In this document: piece by piece, positions 15,529 to 29,817 of the stretch
Layout of the letters: each line of letters begins with the position of its first letter
Numbering within the stretch: position 1 is the first letter of the stretch
From: Chrysomallon squamiferum
Taxonomy: Eukaryota; Animalia; Mollusca
Assembly (NCBI GenBank): GCA_012295275.1
Contig: CM022676.1
Span: forward strand, 7,130,001 to 7,194,000
Direction of reading: 5' to 3'
Length of the DNA stretch: 64,000 nt
Made by a program: the position numbers and the translations under genes
The notes under the pieces: model-generated
Told to the model about the DNA's origin: nothing
Seen by the model: the letters and a program-made list of their open reading frames with translations, nothing else
Database searches by the model: none

Positions 15529-16374
15529 TAAAAAAACTGGAAAGTAAAATATTACCTGTTCTAGGTGTCAACAGGTATTAACAATAAATCGTTAACGGAA
15601 AAGACAAGGCCTGTCTCTCACCTGCATAATTGGTTAAATCAGTGTGACTTGCAGGCAGTAGTATATCACTGAGGTGGTGAAATACAAGAAATATCACATC
15701 TCTCAACAGTGGGATAACAAACTGGAAGCTGAAGCTTTTTGTTTTGTTTAATAACAAACCTACACCACACTGATTAATGACCTGTCATCATGTTTGTCTG
15801 CTGTACCCGGTAAAACACCAGAAAGAGCTCTGACAGGTCACAGGATCAGATCTCGGGAGTGAATCCCTCTGAGTTGTTTCATTTACCATTGATCCCTGCC
15901 TGTGATTGATTTATAAAATCCCATTGTACATGTTTTAGTGTTTATGGGAAGGTTTGTATAAAATGACTCTTGCTGCTAAGTGAAGATACGTATAAAAGAT
16001 TAAGTGATGAAAAGAGGTGGTTGTCTCCATGGATTTATTCAAATGTCAGTTAATTTCAGTTCAGCAAAAATATTGTCTAATTTCAGTGTATCAAATAATC
16101 AATGTGTTTAATTTTTCAGGCCATTAACTATTTATACTGGTTTAATTTCAGTCCATGACCATTGTTTGATTTCAGTCTAGCTAGATGCTCATTAACATCT
16201 AAAATATATTGGTCTAATTTCATTTCACCAAATTACTTTTTTCAGTCCATGATGTACACAAAATGTACTAACAGACATCTTTCTCTACTGAAAGCATGTT
16301 GTGTCTGATTTCAGTCCACCCACCTATTGTTGGTTTTCAGTTCATTAGATATTTTCAGTTTGTCAGATTGCTTG

Positions 16375-16990
16375 ACTCTACATAAAACATATTTGTGAGT
16401 ACCAGTGCAGTAAAGTGAAGTGGTCATCTCTACATAAAACACACAAACTGACAGTCATTTATCTCTTACATAAAAACACACAAACTGACAGTCATTTATC
16501 TCTTACATAAAAACACAAACTGACAGTCATTTATCTCTTACATAAAACGCACACTGACAGACATTTATCTACATAAAACACTGACAGTCATTTGTCTCTA
16601 CATAAAACACACGTACACTGACAGTCATTTATCTCTACATAAAACACACAAACTGACAGTCATTTATCTACATAAAACACACACACTGTCAGTCATTTAT
16701 CTCTTAAAAACACACAAACTGACAGTCATTTATCTCTACAAAAAACACACATACTCAGTCAATTAATTCTAAATAACACACAAACCGACAGTCATTTACC
16801 CCTTACATAAAACACAAACTGACAGTCATTTATCTCTACTTAAAACACACACACTGACAGTCATTTATCTCTACATAAAACACACACACACTGACAGTCA
16901 TTTATCTCTACATAAAACACACACACACTGACAGTCATTTATCTCCACGTGAAACAGACTCCATCTAATTTCACCGCGGCATAAAACATA
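16375..16990. repeat. ~35-bp minisatellite, ~16 copies, with variable internal (CA)n
   Basis: Unit CTACATAAAACACACACACTGACAGTCATTTATCT. Confidence 0.95.
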
Positions 16991-17285
16991 TTGTATCTGA
17001 TGTCGTCAGTTCAATATGTGATCAATGAGTGTTAAACTGTTTGCTCAGTCAGATACAATGTAAAGATATCGCTGCCTACACTACACTACTGTCTCTTTAC
17101 TTGCACTTCGAAAACACATCTTCTGTGGGCTCTCTAATAACCAGAAAGTGAGAAAAACAAACACGTGGGAATGAAAATGGCAAAGATATTCAATAAAGCA
17201 AATAGCAGACCTTTTGTGCTGGGTTGTAACGAGTGTGCGAAAATTTTTAATATTTTTTTTTTTTTTGTTGAATCGTTTAAATGAT

Positions 17286-17318
<33 letters not shown>

Positions 17319-17451
17319 GGTTGAATCGTTTAAATCTATATAGATATATTTTTTATATTATTATTTGTTTATTTTAATTGGTGTGAATGTGTATATATAT
17401 ATGTATGTTATTGAATATATATATATATATGTGTATATATATGTATATTTA

Positions 17452-17486
<35 letters not shown>

Positions 17487-17994
17487 GGTGTGTGTGTATA
17501 TATTGTATTCATAAGTGCTTGTACTTGTAAAATTTTGATTTTGTTAAACCAAAATAATTTATTTTCTCATTTTAACTGGTGGGATAAAACAAATATATGA
17601 AATTTTAAAATTGTATCTATACGTATGTGTGTCTGTATGTCTCTGTTTCTATAAATCTGTATGTAGGTATTTTTAATGTGTTAAATACTTGTTTGGTTTG
17701 GTCTTAATGGTTAAGCAATTAACATAAATATTCAGTAGTCTTTTTCAGTGTGTGAAATGTTCCCATGTGTAACAGATACTCTGTGATTGCTGATGTTGAC
17801 AGTATATATGTAAATACTGTCTGCTGTTTTTGTGTGACATAACACAACTGTTTCCATGGCATTAACATTAAGACTTCTGATAACTGTATAAATGGTTTTC
17901 ATTATTCACCATTTCTTCTTTGTCCTTGTATAAGCTGTAAGCATGCAATATGCACATTACTTGATAGAAAGACACTCATACAGATAAGCACTCA

Positions 17995-18042
<48 letters not shown>

Positions 18043-20284
18043 CATACATATACATACATACATACATAGACAAACATGCATAGGCATATCTACATACATA
18101 CATACATACATACATACATACACACATACATACATGATATAACACACGTGTATATATATATATACACATACCATACAAACATGTATGTATGTTTGCATAT
18201 ATAAAACACACACACACACAAACACACATACATACATATACACACATGTACACACACATATTGTTGTAATATTTATTTAAAGGTTTACTGCAGGAAGAAT
18301 TTGGAGAACTGGATGTTGTTGTTTTAACCTTATCAAACAATTCAAGCAATCTAGATTGTTTTTTAACTTAACTAAAGAAAGACCAAACACATGTACGCAA
18401 TGTATATTAGTCTTTTGTACAGGAACTGAACATACTGTCAATATACTTAAAAACTATTTGCAGGCAACCTGAATTGTAGAAACCAATGCCATATAAGATA
18501 TATATATACACAATGTATATTAGACAACGGTATATTAACCATATTGTCAACAGTCTGTTTGTATAGCATGACCTGTACTGTATTTCTCTAATGACCTTGC
18601 TAAACAAATGGAAGCAATAACGCGAGTTTATCTGACAACAGTTCAGGTATTCATAACATTGTCATTTATTTATTTACCTGTTCAAGGTGTACAGACGTAC
18701 CTGTACATTGTGTGAAGCTGTGAATGAGACAGGAATACAAAATCAAGTGACACCTGACTACTACATTTTCAGTTCAGGACCCACTGTGTGGTGAGAAAGT
18801 TTAAGAAAATACCAGGCTCAGATCTGCAGAAGAAATTAGGGGGGGGAGGGGAATGGGCGGGGAATGGGCGGGTCATTGTGGTGATGGGTAGATCTTTCAG
18901 TATGAAATCAGTGTTGAAGAAAAAAATAAAATAAATAAAATGAAATTGATGATTGAAAAAGTGTAAAAATACCAGTGGGATTAACACCACTCCTGCTTTG
19001 GCACCACCCCTGAAGTACCACACCCAGATTTGTATCACCCCTAGACCAGCACTCTCCTTGGACCTGCTAATGAATACACCACCAGTGTTTATTTTCAGTT
19101 ACACACAGTTACTTGAGTTTTTGTTGTTGTTGTTGTGTGTTATTTCGATCACGTGACAAATATTTTCGTTACAGCACTGAATACATTGTTAAATATATTG
19201 TTAAATTGTTAACTGTTGGGTGTGAAATTTGTGGGTTAATAGTTTGCACGAGGCTGACAAGTAGACTGTTTCATTTTAGAAACTGGAACAAACAAATGAA
19301 CCAGTATTTGTCTTCATCTGTATGCAAAAAAATCATTTTCTTTACAGTTGTATGATACCAGTTGTATGTGACTTTTAAAATAAATGAGTGAATAAATGAA
19401 TGAATGTATGAATAAACAGTATTTACCTTGAACTCGATATAAAAATTTGTAATTTGTGATAGACATTCACATGCATGCACACATGCACATACATGTATAT
19501 TTAAGAACATTATGTGTGTGTGTGTGTGTGTGTGTGCTATAGCTAATATTGTAATGTGTTGCCACTGCTGCTATAGCTACTGTTACTACTACAACTACCA
19601 CTACTACTTTTACTACTACTACTACTACTACTACACCTATTATTACTACTACTACTACAGCCACTGCTGTAACTACAACTATAACTACTGCTATCACTAC
19701 TACTATTACCACTACTACAACTACCACTACTTAATATTATTATTTTAAACTCTGTCATTTGACATTTAGGTACAAATCTTTTTCTGCTGTTAATAAATTT
19801 TACTTTATTCTTTTCGACAAGTACAACTGCAGCATGCAATGAAAACACAATTTACCTGGAAATTTCTACCTGTAATTTTACCTGTACACGAGAAACACAT
19901 TAGTGTTGTCCTTGTCAGTAACAGATGACTTAATGGCCAGTTTCCTTCAGGTGAAAAATTGCACCAGGTAATTGGTGCATTCGAACCTGATTGATTACCG
20001 GATATCGGGGTGTTGAGGCACCTGTGGGGGGATGAACAGTGTACCTGGTTGGGGGGGATAAGACATATAATCTTTTGAAGGGTGAATTATGTTCTTGTTT
20101 GGGAATGAAGAAGGTACCTAAGGGGAGATGAATGGGGTACCTGTGGGGGGGTGGGGAATGTATCTATGGGGGGGTGAATGATGTGCCTGTGAAGGGTTAT
20201 TATTACTTACAGTGTGTAAATCCATGGTAAGTTACATTATTTGTGTTTGCTGAATGCTTTCAGGATGAACATGTATTTCTTGTA

Positions 20285-20665
20285 TTGGTTGAATCCTTAA
20301 ATTAGAAGATATATTATTGCAGTGGTTGAATTTTTAAATTTAAGGATATGTTAGTTCAATGGTTGAGTCCTCGAATTTAAGGATATATTATTGCAATGGT
20401 TGAATCCTTAAATTTAAGGATATATTATTGCAGTGGTTGAATCCTCGAATTTAAGGATATGTTACTGCAGTGGTTGAATCCTCAAATTTAAGGATATATT
20501 ATTGCAGTGGTTGAATCCTCAAATTTAAGGATATGTTACTGCAATGGTTGAATCCTCAAATTTAAGGATATATTATTGCAGTGGTTGAATCCTTAAATTT
20601 AAGGATATATTATTGCAATGGTTGGATGTTTAAACTGAAGGATATATTACTGCATTGGCTGAATT
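20285..20665. repeat. 37-bp minisatellite, ~10 copies
   Basis: Unit GGTTGAATCCTYAAATTTAAGGATATRTTAYTGCART; GGTTGAA at 20287 and 20324 gives a period of 37. Confidence 0.95.
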
Positions 20666-21102
20666 CTTCAAGATTGGTTGTATTAGCATCGATGGCTGAC
20701 TTCAACGTGGTGAAACTTGCTGCTAAACTATGACACCTCAGTGATCTGTGGTGAGTTGTTTTGTTTATGGTGCTCACATCACCTGCAGCACAGTTATTAC
20801 CTGTCAAGGTGGGTCACCGTGTATGGGGGGGGATGAGTTGCCTGTGGTGGGTGATTTACCTGTGGTAGGTAAGATGTTGTGACACCTTCTCAAGAGAGAT
20901 GAATGTTCATGCTGGATTGTTTTGTCTGTTTTGTTATTACTGTACAAAGATTTTGTGATTTGTTGCAGTGTAAGGAAATCAGATACTTGAGAAATGAGAA
21001 AATGGTTTTTAAATAACTGCATTCAAAAACAATCTGTTTAATTTCTTAATTTCTTTTAAAGGTCATGTATAATGATGATGATGATGATGATGATGATGTG
21101 TC

Positions 21103-21137
<35 letters not shown>

Positions 21138-22435
21138 TTGTTTTTGCTTTAGATATGTGAGTATGTATTTATGTATGCAGGTTTATTTGATGTATGTATG
21201 TGTGTGTATGTATGTATGTATATATGTGTGTATGTATGTGTATGTCTGTCTGAATACATGTCTTCATGTATGGATGGATGAACAGATAAACAGATAAATA
21301 GATCTATCTGATCATGCATGTCTCTTGATTCCCAAGTCCATGTCTGTCAACAAATAAATAAATAAATAATTAGATCTAAACAAATTATAAAAATGAAAGC
21401 AAATTTAAATTAACACAGTCTACCAGGAAACCATTCAGTAACTTACATATTACACACATTATGTATTCAGCCATTCAATACAACATGTAATACCTGGGTG
21501 AATTTATTTTAAAAACACTGCTTAATAATTAACAAATGTTACCCATCATTTTTTTTGTCTAAACTGAATAAAGGGATAATTGATTCCACTGGCCACTTGA
21601 AGCTGCTGTTTAATATCTTATATATGACACGCGTAAGTTATTTAGATATATACAACGTTTCACAAAACAAAGTGACAGTACAATAAGGAATTCGAACTGG
21701 TTGTTTTATTTTAAGTTCTATGAAAGTGAAATTTTTGTAATCTTTGAAAAGATTAATTGAATATTTATGTAAAAGCGTGGATAGGATTAAACACTTGAAT
21801 TCAAAAAAGAATTATTTATTAAAAGGACTATATCAGGTGTAGAATGTGTTTTTAAAATGTAAATATTAAATTATGTCCTTTAGGAATTAGTATTACTGTG
21901 ACTGTGGTGTTATATTCAAGGTTTAGTTCTGAATAAAAAACATTAAATATTAATTTAAATTTTTTATTGTTGTTGTTGTTTTTAATTTGTTAAAATTAAG
22001 GGGTATTGTGTATCGTCTGAAAATGCAAATAATTTATTTTAAAAAGTGACACCAAGATTAGGAGAAAAGTCTTTTCAAAATAATAAAAAAATAATTATTA
22101 AATTATACTGAACATGTAAAGAAAAAATGAATAAAAAAGTTAAACAGAAACTGAATAAAAATTCCTTTGATCTGTTATTCTAAAACAATTGAAAGAAAAT
22201 TCTGTGAAAAATAAAAATTAATTTTAATTTTAAATATATAAATAAAATAGTGTATATTATTATATTAATAATGATGATGATTATAATCATACTAGTAGTA
22301 GTGGTAATAATAATAAAATTAAAAACAACAAACACAAATAAATAAAAAAATAAAAAAAGAAAAATATAAAAATAATAAAATTAAATATATGAATAAATAA
22401 AATAATTAATAAAAAAAAAAAAAAAAAAAAAAAAA

Positions 22436-22480
22436 CCTTCCCTCAGTAGGAATTGAACCTGAAACCTACCTCACAAGATT
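22436..22480 (-). mobile_element. tRNA-derived SINE fragment (Pol III B-box)
   Basis: Minus strand reads GGTTCAATTCC (22449-22459), matching B-box GGTTCRANYCC; no cloverleaf. Confidence 0.4.
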
Positions 22481-23084
22481 TTTTTCTACAAATAGAAATC
22501 TTTCCACTGTTACAACGACTAATCATGTTGGTGTCTCTGTTGTTTTAAAAAATAATAGACTGTCTACCAGGTCCAGGCTGCTGAATAATATGTATTTTGG
22601 GGTGGAAATAGACTTGCTATTTTTAGAAACTCAAATAACAAATCTTTGGTTTACATGCACTGACATTTTTTTTAATTTTTTTTAATTTTTTTTTTTTTTT
22701 AAAAGAGAATTGAAAAAGGAAAACTGGGGAAAATAAAAATCAATTTTTTTTTTACAGTTTAAATTATTGTAACCTATTGTATTTCAATATCTATTTTTTG
22801 CTGTCGGAAAAATAAAGTTAATATTTTCCTCTTTTTCCGATTAATATTGATTTTTAGAGATTTCTGAACATTATTAAGTGACAGTCTTAACAGGTGATTT
22901 CTTTTCGTAATGTCTTCCGTAATGGGTTTATCATTATTATTTATTTTTTATTTGTTTGTTTTAATTTCACGTAATGTGTTTTCTCAGTATTAATGGTCTG
23001 GAGAGAGAAATGAATAATAAGAGAGTGAATCAGTGGAGATATGATACTTCCATACATACGTAAATTAGAGATACACATATTAGT

Positions 23085-23128
<44 letters not shown>

Positions 23129-24165
23129 TATACATATATATATATCTACATACATACACACATATATACTTGCATACACACACATATATATATATATATA
23201 TATACACATCATCATCATTATACATTATTATTATTATTAGTCTGATCATTATATTTTGATATTTTATACTTTCTTTCATTCTTTTCTTCTTTTATTTTTT
23301 TTTCTTTCTTTCATTTCTTTTCTTTTGTTTGTTTTGTTTTCTTTGTTATTTTTTTTTCTTTTGTTCTTGCTTTACTTTTATTTATTTTTCTGTCTTTTTT
23401 TTTTATATTTTGTTTTCTTTCATCTTGTGTTTTTTCTCTTCTATGTTTTTGTTTTTGATATTTTTTTATTTTTTTTTTTTTTTTTTTTTGTTTTTGATCC
23501 TCGCATTTCTTTTTCTGCAGTCATTATTTTTCTTAAGCTATTGTATTTGACAACCTCGCCACTTGAGAATTTTTAAACAGCTTCATTATTTGTCTTCTCC
23601 ATTTTTATATTCACAACATCACATGGCATTCCTTGGGCATTATTGTGTCTTTCCATCTCTCTTTCAGGTTTTTGTTTTTTCTTTTTAATTTATCAAATGT
23701 CAAACTAGTAGGCAAATGTCACAACATTACTAATGTTTTTGTTTTGTGTTTTTTTTGCTGAAAAAAAGCATTTATCATCACATATTTATTTTTTTTAAGA
23801 AAGAAAAATGGGTTTTAACGGAATTTTCATTGAATTTCTCAAATCGAATATTAAATTTTTATTTCCTTCAGTGAATCATAAAAATGGAATGGTTTGATCT
23901 GCAGGCAGAGATGGAATCCATTTTTTTTTTTTTTTTTAGCTGTGTCTACTGTTTCAAATATCGGAATATTTTGATAAACCTGAGAAAATTCATTTAAACA
24001 TGATACAGATCATGAGAATAATACTCATTTAAATATGATACGAATGCAAAAATCTATTTTGTAAGAACTACGAAAATGCTATTCCAAGAAATATTGTTGC
24101 TTTTCCACTGTTATGCAACGTTATAAATAACTCACGAAGAGATTAGTCGGACTGGGAAATAATTA

Positions 24166-24408
24166 CCACCACCTCATGGTCTACTTTTATCAGTTAGCAA
24201 GAAAGATTAGTTTTTATCCACCTACCCATAAACATGAAAAGGCATGTTTGATATCAGTCATGAGTCATTTATTGGAATGGAAAGATAGCTGTCACCACCT
24301 CATAAGATTCTTTTTAATAATTAGCACCAAATAAATTTTTTTTATCAACCTTCCCATAGGTAGTAGGTAAACCCATATCATGGGTCATTGGTTGGAATGG
24401 TTAATTGC
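24166..24408 (-). mobile_element. Two adjacent decayed SINE central-domain copies
   Basis: Both begin CACCACCTCAT, contain TTAGCA..AT..ACCTWCCCATA and end GTCATT..TTGGAATGG; reverse complement matches CCATTCCA..CCA copies at 29820, 57720 and 62440. Confidence 0.6.
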
Positions 24409-25106
24409 TTAATGAAATAGTAAAAATTGTTTATGAGTATTAGATAATATTAAAGCAGTGTCCAATCTTGACAAGGCAGTACATACATACCTATTGACTT
24501 ATAGCATGCATTATATGTGTATTACATATGCTAATGATAATAAATAATAATAGTAGTAGTAATAATAATAAATAATAATACTATTTAGATAATACCAGTA
24601 TAATACCATATTGATAATAATAATAAAATGTTAGTATTATTTCCTGGTATTATATAAACTGATGTTAACAAAAAACTACTTCAGGAATGTGTCAGCTATT
24701 GATTGTGTTAGAAAATATTGGCAAAAACACAAAGATATAATAATTTCACTCATCTTCTTTTTTTTTTATGAAGATCAAGGCATGCGATACATTTTGTATC
24801 TACCAGGAAATGTTTTTTTTTTTTTTATTCTATTGAACGAAAAAAAAAAAAACCCTCATTTAATCAAGTTATTATTTAGATGGAAATTTCAGATGAAAAT
24901 TGCCAATTAAGCCAAACACTATTGATAAAGCAGTGAGAGGCGATGTAACAGCAAGATTCACAGTATGAATATCTTCCATACCGTATCAGTGTGCGATTCT
25001 GTTGATATGAAATCTCTTTTAGAAGAGTGTGGTAATATTTATATGTTACAGTCTGCGTTGTAGCCAATATCTAAATTATCCGAATGAATTTCTTTACATG
25101 GCTAAT

Positions 25107-25150
25107 AGGCTGTGGTTCAGTGGTTAGAACGCTTGCCTAGAGCATTCTGG
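25107..25150 (+). mobile_element. tRNA-derived SINE head (A-box)
   Basis: GGCTGTGGTTCAGTGGTTAGAACGCTTGCCT fits A-box TRGCNNARYGG with one mismatch; similar to 57640 and 29302. Confidence 0.6.
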
Positions 25151-25169
25151 AGTTTTATTGTTAGACATT

Positions 25170-25545
25170 TTGGGAATGCTCAAGGGTTATTTTTGCATTT
25201 ATTATTACAAGGATTATAGGAGTGCTTAAGAATTATTTTTTACTTTTTTTTTATTAAAAGGATTACAGAAACATTCAAGGATTGTTTTACATTTATTATT
25301 ACAAGGATTATAGAAACATTTAAGGATTGTTTTACATTTATTATTACAAGGATTATAGAAACATTTAAGAATTGTTTTACATTTATTATTACAAGGATTA
25401 TAGGAATGTTCAAGGATTATTGTTTTACATTTTTTATTATAAGGATTATAGAAATGTTCAAGGATTATTGTTTTCCATTTATTATAAACAAGGATTATAG
25501 GAATACTTGAGGATTATATTCTTATATTTATTATTGTAAGGGATA
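25170..25545. repeat. 45-bp minisatellite, ~8 copies
   Basis: Unit TTTTACATTTATTATTACAAGGATTATAGAAACATTCAAGGATTG; ACATTTATT at 25289 and 25334. Confidence 0.9.
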
Positions 25546-26276
25546 GTTACAAATAGAGGAGATATCAAAACTGTTAGTACTAAAATTATCACTATAAGTA
25601 CAAGTGAGAGTGAAAAATGTTACTCCTGAAATGGATCACAGGGGATAGTACAAAACGTTTTACTACTAAAATGCTGACTATAAGTACAAGGGATGCTCAA
25701 AATTGTGACTACCAGTGTATCTATCAAAAGTACTCAAATGGTTTATAAGTGGGAATCTTGTGAAGTCATAAAATATTTATTTATTGATTAATTTGAATCC
25801 TTATACCAATATGGGCACTAAAACTCAGGTGCTTAGCTGTAAGACAGGACTGAAATGATTTTCTGTATCAACGCACCAATAACATGGGTCTTGAATCACT
25901 TAATAAAATACAGATACACAGAAACGTAATCTGTAAAAATGAATGAGAAATGGCTTTTATTTAGCAAACAGAGGATACCGAGGCCAAAAAAATCAAATGA
26001 AAAGATGGAACACATTTAGTCTTTATGAAACACATACTGTGTTAATACACACCTGAGTGTGACTTCAAAGAAAAGTGGCAGTCATTATCAAGTTTGTAGT
26101 GTGGTTACACAGACACTGTTCATTATTGATAGAAGAAAGTTGAAAAGAAGGGAAAAAGAAACACTCGAGAAAGATTGATTTGTTTGCAGAATGAGAGAAC
26201 AGGGAAGCATGTGTAGCTCTAAACCTGAAAATATTGTCATGTATATTTTTAATAAGAGTGTTTTATACAGACACAG

Positions 26277-26282
<6 letters not shown>

Positions 26283-26324
<42 letters not shown>

Positions 26325-26392
26325 GGAGAGAGGGAGAGAGAAGGGGAGAGAGAGAGGGGGAGAGAGAGAGGGGGAGAGAGAGGGGAGAGAGA

Positions 26393-26434
<42 letters not shown>
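26283..26434. repeat. (GA)n polypurine microsatellite
   Basis: Directly visible. Confidence 0.95.
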
Positions 26435-26437
<3 letters not shown>

Positions 26438-26469
26438 TGCCTCATTTCTCTCTCTCTCTATAGAACATA

Positions 26470-26510
<41 letters not shown>

Positions 26511-26559
26511 TTATTTATTTATTTATGTTTGATAAAATCATTATCACTTCCAAGAGATA

Positions 26560-27210
26560 GTCTTATTATCTAGCAGTAAGTGATATTTTATATACACCTA
26601 CCCGTAAATCATTTGAAACAATTTGAAACAGTAGCAAATGATTAACTAGCCCAGTGGGTTCTTCATAATCTAGGATTTCTTGTATATAGGATTTCTCATG
26701 AGACAGAGACACACATAACAAAACCTTAAATTATTTATTTATTCTTTATTAGCCCTATCTTAGGGCTATGATTTGGATAGGGAAATTATTCATTGTGTTC
26801 TTGCAGAAGAGGTGATGTTTTCTGGGATGGGACTTAATACCATTTTATATAAGATTTTAAACAGACAGTACATACCTGCATCTTTAGTAAACCAGTAATG
26901 GGGCTCTGTTTGGAATGGAAAATAACCATATATGTGTACATACTTAGGAGAAATGATTATCTGAAGTATTTTATTTGAAGTATTTAGTAAACTAGAAATA
27001 GGGCAGAGATTGGAACAGGAAATAAACCAACAGATTCTCTTAGATGAAATGAATATTTGAAATAATACTATTTTAAAATAACTTTAGACAGACAGCACAT
27101 ACCAGAACCTTTAACAAACTAATAAATGGGCTTTTACTTGAATGGAAATGAAGACAACATGTACGTTGATGAGTATTGATCCTGTAACTAATTAATGCTT
27201 CCTTCTAGTG
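26560..27210 (-). mobile_element. Cluster of several partial SINE central-domain copies
   Basis: ACAGACAGYACATACC...TTTA..AAAC.A..AATGGG...TTG(G)AATGGAAA at ~26861 and ~27088, partial copies at ~26560 and ~26985. Confidence 0.55.
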
Positions 27211-27777
27211 CATTAGCCAATGAAAATGACCGACACATCTCTGTAAAAAAAAAAAAAAATCCTGAAGTTGTAAATCTTGTGGTATTTCTCTGGCCTGTCC
27301 ATTCGTACTGAAATAAACAGAGATTTAGATTCGACTTCTTTTGATAAAACAAATCTATTGATTTGATAACACCCTTAGGAGAAGGAAGTGTTTGCGTGGA
27401 AAAACAAACCTCAGTCTTGTTAGAGTTTTTGTCATGTCCCAGATGATCAAAGTCTAGACGTTATTATTGTATGCACATAAAGAAAAACAAAAACCAGTTT
27501 CATAGAGGTTTTAAATTTTTTATTTTTATTTTATTTCCTTTCTTTCTTTTTTTTTTTTTTTAGGAATCGGAATAGTTCAGTTTCCATTTCAACAAAGGCT
27601 TTTTCATTGGTTTATCAAAGATCTTTCTTTCTGTTTATGGGAGGGAGCTTATATAAAAAAATTTGTGCACTGATCACTGAATGCTCTATTAATTAAAAAA
27701 AAAAAAAAAAAAAAAAAAAATATCAAACAGAATTTTGAAACATTAACATACATTACCATTTCCCCTTCATGCACATG

Positions 27778-27779
<2 letters not shown>

Positions 27780-27822
<43 letters not shown>

Positions 27823-27871
27823 TTTTCTTTCCAGTCACATATACTACATGTCTATCCAAACATATAAACAG

Positions 27872-27935
<64 letters not shown>

Positions 27936-28086
27936 TCTCACAGACTCACTATATATATATATAAACACACACACACAAACATACAGACATACAGAAACAC
28001 ACTTACCATATATATATATATATACACACATACAAACATAAACACAAACACACACAAACAACATATACAAACACCCACACTTTCCA

Positions 28087-28123
<37 letters not shown>

Positions 28124-28175
28124 AACACACACACAAACACAATACACACACAAACAAACAAACACACAGACACAC
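27780..28175. repeat. (CA)n-rich microsatellite cluster
   Basis: Directly visible. Confidence 0.9.
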
Positions 28176-28623
28176 ATCTTTCACCTGACAAGCTGATAAG
28201 CAGATATGACAAACACGTCGCAGATATAACCAAATTGAACCGGGCGACCCAAAAATAATGTCTGCTTCATTATCTAGATCATAGACCTAGGAGCGATTCT
28301 CGAAAGCTGAGATCCAAACTTATTAAAACTGTTCCCTTGAGAATCTTAATACTCCGCATACAGAGGCCTGGAGATATTACAGATTTTCTCAACAAAAAGC
28401 TGAGTGGATGTGTCTCTCGATTTTGAAAAAAACTATTGAAATTTTTTGAAGTACTTGGATGTGAAATGGTATTGTTAATAGTGATGGATGGCTAGATTGG
28501 GAGATGTTTGTAAATTGTGTGTGTTGTATGTTTGTCTATGGATGTTGTGTGTGTGTGTGTGTGTGTGTGTATGTAAATGTATGTTTGTATGTGTGTAAAT
28601 GTATGTGTATATTTGTGTGTGTA

Positions 28624-28677
<54 letters not shown>

Positions 28678-29301
28678 TTTATTCATATACATACATATAT
28701 TTGTGCATATATATACATATATACACACATATTTATCCATATTCAAACTTGGTAACTAAGGAATATAAATCCATTACAACATTCAGTTTTAGAAACTTTT
28801 TTTTTTCATTAGATTCTATACAATTAAAATTATTTTTTACTATTTTATTATAAAATTGTATAATTTATATAAGCAATCCATTAATATTTACATGTCTATA
28901 GTAAAAAATAAAACTTGATTAGTATAAAAACAAATTTAAAAAAACCCCACCAAATCCTCCAGTTATAATAATACATCATTTATTATTCAGAGCATCTTTA
29001 AGAAATAATAAAAAAAAATAATTTAAAGAATTCAAACATTTGCAAATGTAGAAAAAGAACAAAAGAATATTTACTGAGAAAAAAAAAAAAAAAAAATGAA
29101 GAAATAAAAATTGAAACAGAATGACAATTTACTTAAGACAAATATGAAATATTTATTCTGTTGCAATTAGGTATCAAATATTTAATTATTGGATTTGAAA
29201 AAAGAACAGGTAAGTTTGTACAGTGACATCTAACACATGGAATCATTAGTTATCTTCAGGTATCAGGTAGGATAATTAGTTTACCTTTCTTTGATGTTCA
29301 C

Positions 29302-29362
29302 CTGTAGCCCAGTGGTTAGTCCACAGGCTTGAAACAGAGGCTGTGGGATCAATTCTCACTGC
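29302..29362 (+). mobile_element. tRNA-derived SINE head (A-box plus degenerate B-box)
   Basis: TGTAGCCCAGTGGTTAG ... GGGATCAATTCTC. Confidence 0.6.
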
Positions 29363-29817
29363 ATGAAGGGTTAATTGTGTAAAAGGCATAAAATTGATTT
29401 CTTGAGTAAATATTTTAATAGCTTGACTTTCCATGTTCTTGAAGTGATCGAAAAATATTGAAAGATCCAATGATAGTATCATGTGAATATAATGATGATG
29501 ATGATGATGATGATGATAATGCTGATGATGGTGATGATAATATTAATAATAATAAATGATAATAATAATGAAAATGATGATTATTATAGCAATAGTAATA
29601 ATGATAATAATAAAGATAATGTTGATAATAATGATACTACTACTGCTACTAACAACAACAACAACAACAACATAGACAATAATAATAATAACAATAATAA
29701 CAGCAACAGTAACAACAATGTAATTAAATACACAAAAACCACAAAACTAACCACAAAAAAATCCCTTCTTCCAATATCACTTTGACTATTCCATTATAAA
29801 AATTACATCTTCAGTCT

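Noticed and set aside
20213-20226. 14-nt AG...GTAAGT-bounded segment
   Set aside because: Not frame-preserving and the acceptor tract is weak; expected by chance
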